This document shows positions 59,112 to 62,675 of a stretch of DNA of 62,675 nt, piece after piece. The stretch comes from Acidobacteriota bacterium. Lineage in GTDB: Bacteria > Acidobacteriota > UBA6911 > JACQSX01. Below the pieces are notes generated by a model. The model was not told the origin of the DNA and ran no database searches. It was given only the letters and a program-made list of their open reading frames with translations. The stretch spans positions 1 through 62,675 of the forward strand of contig DASXQR010000105.1 in assembly GCA_036507075.1 (NCBI GenBank), written 5' to 3'. The first letter of the stretch is position 1. Every line of letters starts with the position of its first letter. Position numbers and translations under genes: made by a program.

Positions 59112-60407
59112 GTGCCAAGACTTAGTCCCCGCGAAATTGCCGCCGATCTGATTCTCCGAATCGATGCCGGTCGACTGTCTACGCAAGACTTGTTTCACTC
59201 CCGGGACCTGGCGCAACTGCCGGACAACGACCGCGCGCTGGCCTATGAGCTGATTCTTGGCGTGGTGCGGTGGCGCTTGACCCTCGATTGGCTGATTGAA
59301 AAGAGCAGCGGGCGAAGGCTGCAAAACCTCAGCCCTGCTTTGATCGCCATCCTGCGCATTTCCATCTTCCAATTGCGTTTCCTGACTCGAGTTCCCGAAT
59401 ACGCCGCTGTCAACGAAGCGGTAGACCTGGCGCGCCACGCCGGCTCGAAAGCGGCCGGCTTTGTAAACGCCGTATTGCGCGGTTATCTGCGCACAAAACC
59501 GCAGCCTCCTTCGGGCGATGGAGCCGCCGAGCAGGCGATTCGGACCAGCCATCCCGTGTGGCTGCTGCGGCGTTGGAGGTCCAGATTTGGTGTAGAGAGG
59601 ACCGAAGAGATGGCGCTGAAAAACAACGAGCACTCGCAGCGGGCGGTTCGCTGGAATGTGCGCCGGAGCAGCATACCGAATTCCATTCGTGGAAAATCCA
59701 CATTTCGAGATTGCCGGACACTGCGAAACTGTTTTTATGCGGAATCGCTGTCCGACGAATTCAAAGAGGGCGAGGATTATTTTCGTCAAGACGAGGCCTC
59801 TCAGATGGCGGCCTTCATTCCTCCGGCCCATCCCGCTCCGGCAAGTGCTGTCGACGTCTGCGCCGCCCCGGGTGGCAAGGCGTTCATTACGGTGGAAAGA
59901 TTTCCGGATACTGTTACGATCCTGGCCGACTCGAGCGTCGCGCGCCTGGCCTCGACTCGGGAGCGGGCCGGCAGGCTTGGCCTCGAGACGCTCCGTTATG
60001 TGGCCTGCGACGCCGCCGTTCCGCAGCCGTTCCGGCGGCAATTTGACCTGGTGTTCGTCGATGCTCCCTGCAGCGGCCTGGGGACAATACGCAGAAACCC
60101 GGAGATCAAATGGCGGGTGAGCGAATCCTCGTTGAGGCGCCAGCAGCGCAGGCAAAAGGAAATTCTGGATCAGTCGGCGCGGCAGGTATCACCGGGAGGC
60201 CATCTGGTTTACACAACCTGTTCGACGGAACCGGAGGAGAACGAAGAGGTCGTCACGCCCTTTCTGGAAAGGAATCACTTGTTTCAGCTTCAGCCTATCC
60301 GCTCTCCGGAGTTGCAGCCCTTTGTCGATGACAGAATTTATTCCACGATGGATTGTTATCCGGACATCGACGGATTCTTCGGTTTTCTGATGCAGCGCCA
60401 AAGTTAG
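59112..60407 (+). CDS. rsmB: 16S rRNA m5C967 methyltransferase (RsmB/Sun)
   Basis: NusB-like N-terminus (GFVNAVLR), QDEASQ, DVCAAPGGK, DAPCSGLG, YTTCS..PEENE; follows fmt. Confidence 0.92.
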   Translation: MPRLSPREIAADLILRIDAGRLSTQDLFHSRDLAQLPDNDRALAYELILGVVRWRLTLDWLIEKSSGRRLQNLSPALIAILRISIFQLRFLTRVPEYAAVNEAVDLARHAGSKAAGFVNAVLRGYLRTKPQPPSGDGAAEQAIRTSHPVWLLRRWRSRFGVERTEEMALKNNEHSQRAVRWNVRRSSIPNSIRGKSTFRDCRTLRNCFYAESLSDEFKEGEDYFRQDEASQMAAFIPPAHPAPASAVDVCAAPGGKAFITVERFPDTVTILADSSVARLASTRERAGRLGLETLRYVACDAAVPQPFRRQFDLVFVDAPCSGLGTIRRNPEIKWRVSESSLRRQQRRQKEILDQSARQVSPGGHLVYTTCSTEPEENEEVVTPFLERNHLFQLQPIRSPELQPFVDDRIYSTMDCYPDIDGFFGFLMQRQS

Positions 60408-60437
60408 GTAGTGGGTCAGTTTAGCCATTCCTGGACT

Positions 60438-60530
60438 TCTCGGCGTAAACTTAGCGATCTCTGCGGCTCTGCGGTGAAAGGCGTCGGAATTCACCGCAGA
60501 GCCGCAGAGATCGCTGAGGTTACGCCGAGA
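60438..60530. repeat. Outward-facing CACCGCAGAG palindrome
   Basis: tctcggcgtaaacttagcgatctctgcggctctgcggtgaa ... ttcaccgcagagccgcagagatcgctgaggttacgccgaga. Confidence 0.9.
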
Positions 60531-60558
60531 CTTCACAATTCTGTGGTTGAACAACTTT

Positions 60559-61299
60559 TTACCGGAATACCTCATATGGATCGATGGCGGTTCCTTGCCA
60601 CCAGCGCTTCTCGGCATCCAGTTTGAAAATGGCAAAGTGAAGGTGGGGCGTGTTCGGAGGAGCGTTGCCCGAAGTGCCCACGTAGCCGATCACCTGTCCC
60701 TGTCTGACTGAATTACCCTCACGGAGGCCATCAGCGTACTTTTCCAGATGGGCGTAGTAATAGCAGTACTTTTCACCCTGATCGAACTGATAAATCGTAA
60801 TTCCACCGGCTTTGCTTGTGAACAGCTTGGCGATCTTGCCGTCTTCCACGGCGCGCACCGGTGTGTTTCTCGGCGCCAGGATGTCGGCCGCTTCGTGCAG
60901 CCGGGTACCGCGCAATTCGTGGAATGAACCCCGCAGCGTTTCCGGCTTAACTCCTTCGAGAGGCATCAGAAGCCGCCAGCCCCGCAGCTCTGTAACCGAT
61001 TCGTTTATCGTTTCGGGGAGTTCAACGGGCTCGTGTTCAACCGGCTTCTTATCCTCCAGCGGGAGTTGTGAAGCGCGCTGTCCCGGGGAGTCCGGACGCA
61101 GCTCCGCTCGGGAGGGTTGATTGGCCGCATTCTGAGTTGGGTTGGCCGGTCTTGCTTTGCTGCTCCAGACTTCGTGTCCGGGATTAGGGTTGATCAGCAA
61201 TGCCACTCGCGGGAAAACGTAGAGGGCACAAAACACGCCGGCAAAGAAACTCGCCGCGACAAGCAGCGCGGTCTTCCTTCCCCTGCGCTCCAGGATCAT
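60559..61299 (-). CDS. M23 family peptidase
   Basis: HEAAD (HxxxD), YYAHL, IGYVG.SGNA, PHLHF; ATGA overlap with the upstream gene. Confidence 0.92.
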   Translation of the reverse strand: MILERRGRKTALLVAASFFAGVFCALYVFPRVALLINPNPGHEVWSSKARPANPTQNAANQPSRAELRPDSPGQRASQLPLEDKKPVEHEPVELPETINESVTELRGWRLLMPLEGVKPETLRGSFHELRGTRLHEAADILAPRNTPVRAVEDGKIAKLFTSKAGGITIYQFDQGEKYCYYYAHLEKYADGLREGNSVRQGQVIGYVGTSGNAPPNTPHLHFAIFKLDAEKRWWQGTAIDPYEVFR

Positions 61300-62345
61300 T
61301 GAAAGATCACTGGAGTGCCCGGCTTCACATATGAGGCAACCTTCATGGCATCCCAGTTGGTGAGACGCACACAACCGTGTGATTCCGTGTGTCCAATTCT
61401 TCCCGGCTCGGGCGTCCCGTGGAGACCGTAATGAGGCCGGTCAATGTCGATCCAAACAACGCCCACCGGATTGTTCGGCCCCGGCGGAATCTTCGCCTTC
61501 GAGTGTTTCGGATTGGCATCCCAAAACAAGTCTGGATTGTAATTAAAAGTCGGATTTTTTTGAACACCGGTGACTTTCCAGTTACCGACCGGCAGGGGAT
61601 CATGCTCGCTGCCGGTGGTGACGGGAGCAAAGAATCGCACGCTTCCATCCTGTCCCTGAACGATCAGAGCGGAATGATTCCTGCTGACGACAATCGTAAC
61701 AGGACCGGCGGAAACCGCAGCCATCCCCTTGTTACCCTTGGAGCCTTCCGTCGCGGCAATATTGGGAACCTTGATCTGCTCACCCGCGGCGAATCGCGTG
61801 CCTGGGTTTAACTGCCGGAGCAGCGATGGTTTGACGTGGAACTTTTCTCCCAGCGCCTCTGCCGCTGAAGTGAAGTTGAGCGCCGCCAGCTTTGACTGTT
61901 GCACCAGGTCCCGGGGGATTTGGCGGGTGAAAGGTCCCGCCACATCCTGGGGTGTGATTGTGTAGCTGATGAGCGTGTCTGCTGCCTGGGCGATGCCGAG
62001 AGCCTGTCGTGTAGCTGCGTCGGCGGTACCAGTGGAGGGAATTCCACGAGCCTTCTGAAAGGCTGCCAGTGTGGTGCGCGTGTTGGCGCCTTCGCGCCCA
62101 TCGATTTCACCGGGTGAAAAACCGTTGCGGTCAAGAAGTATCTGAAGGTCCAAGGCTTTCAACTCCGCGCCTGAATTCCCCGGGATCACCGCTTTGGAAC
62201 CCGATATATCGGGGCGTTTATCGGGATTCCGCGTGGCCTTTGCGGTAGCTGGAGGAATGATTGCGTACGCCATTATCAGTAAGAACACAAGGAGAGCCGG
62301 TGTTGAAAAGACTCTCCTCATTCCCGAAATCGAATCCGCATCCAT
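61296..62345 (-). CDS. L,D-transpeptidase with peptidoglycan-binding domain
   Basis: LQ..L...[27 protein letters not shown]...SHGCVRL. Confidence 0.93.
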   Translation of the reverse strand: MDADSISGMRRVFSTPALLVFLLIMAYAIIPPATAKATRNPDKRPDISGSKAVIPGNSGAELKALDLQILLDRNGFSPGEIDGREGANTRTTLAAFQKARGIPSTGTADAATRQALGIAQAADTLISYTITPQDVAGPFTRQIPRDLVQQSKLAALNFTSAAEALGEKFHVKPSLLRQLNPGTRFAAGEQIKVPNIAATEGSKGNKGMAAVSAGPVTIVVSRNHSALIVQGQDGSVRFFAPVTTGSEHDPLPVGNWKVTGVQKNPTFNYNPDLFWDANPKHSKAKIPPGPNNPVGVVWIDIDRPHYGLHGTPEPGRIGHTESHGCVRLTNWDAMKVASYVKPGTPVIFQ

Positions 62346-62477
62346 TCCGACTTCTCCTCCAGTCAGAATAGCACCGAATGCGAGAGTGGGAGATTCTCTG
62401 TGTCCTCTGTACTACTAATAATGCAAATTTTCGCGGCACGGGACAATTCTAGTCATAAAAGACCAACAAAAACCGTC

Positions 62478-62522
62478 CACGAGCACGAGCACGAGCACGC
62501 CAACGTCAACGTCAATGTCACT
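62478..62522 (+). repeat. Hexamer (CACGAG/AACGTC) array, partner arm degenerate
   Basis: cacgagcacgagcacgagcacgccaacgtcaacgtcaatgtc. Confidence 0.75.
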
Positions 62523-62675
62523 GCTGTCCAAATTAGCCGGCATTCTTGTACTCACGTTAATGTTTTCCTCGGTACTGGTTGGATTTTGTCCCCGTGCCGT
62601 GTCCAGGCCTATCCAAACATGGTACGGCCGACCTAAAGCCCGCCGCTTTTGGGCGGGCGTCAGCCTGTGGCCCAC

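Noticed and set aside
62630..62675. Hairpin gcccgcc...gggcgggc as a terminator
   Set aside because: At the window edge with only a weak U-tract and unknown context; could be another REP.

Overview
Bacterial chromosomal segment of moderately high GC, most likely Acidobacteriota (inferred from gene content, not searched). It holds about 55 CDS, mostly housekeeping or envelope genes: pncA-pncB, argS, cobB-larC-metG-tatD-yajQ-polyprenyl synthase, PBP1A, dnaK-hsp20-dnaJ-hspR, rodZ, a two-gene BMC module, a Lol/ABC/radical-SAM operon, mlaE-mlaF-mlaD, aroC-fmt-rsmB, an M23 peptidase and an L,D-transpeptidase. I found no rRNA, tRNA, CRISPR array, transposase or integrase. The most striking signal is non-coding. 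About 28 intergenic sites carry palindromic elements whose arms are short tandem repeats of period 6, 7, 8, 9 or 10 nt (at least 7 families), plus REP-like hairpins. They nest inside each other up to four layers deep (27869-28220), sit between all 8 convergent gene pairs, supply stop codons, extend C-termini, and occur in inward, outward and solo-arm forms. Unusual proteins include an HU-like plus RNAP alpha-CTD-like fusion, a degenerate HEPN-like plus PD-(D/E)xK-like fusion, and an MlaD with a ~90-aa helical insertion in its MCE domain. All calls are by eye and motif; no searches were run.
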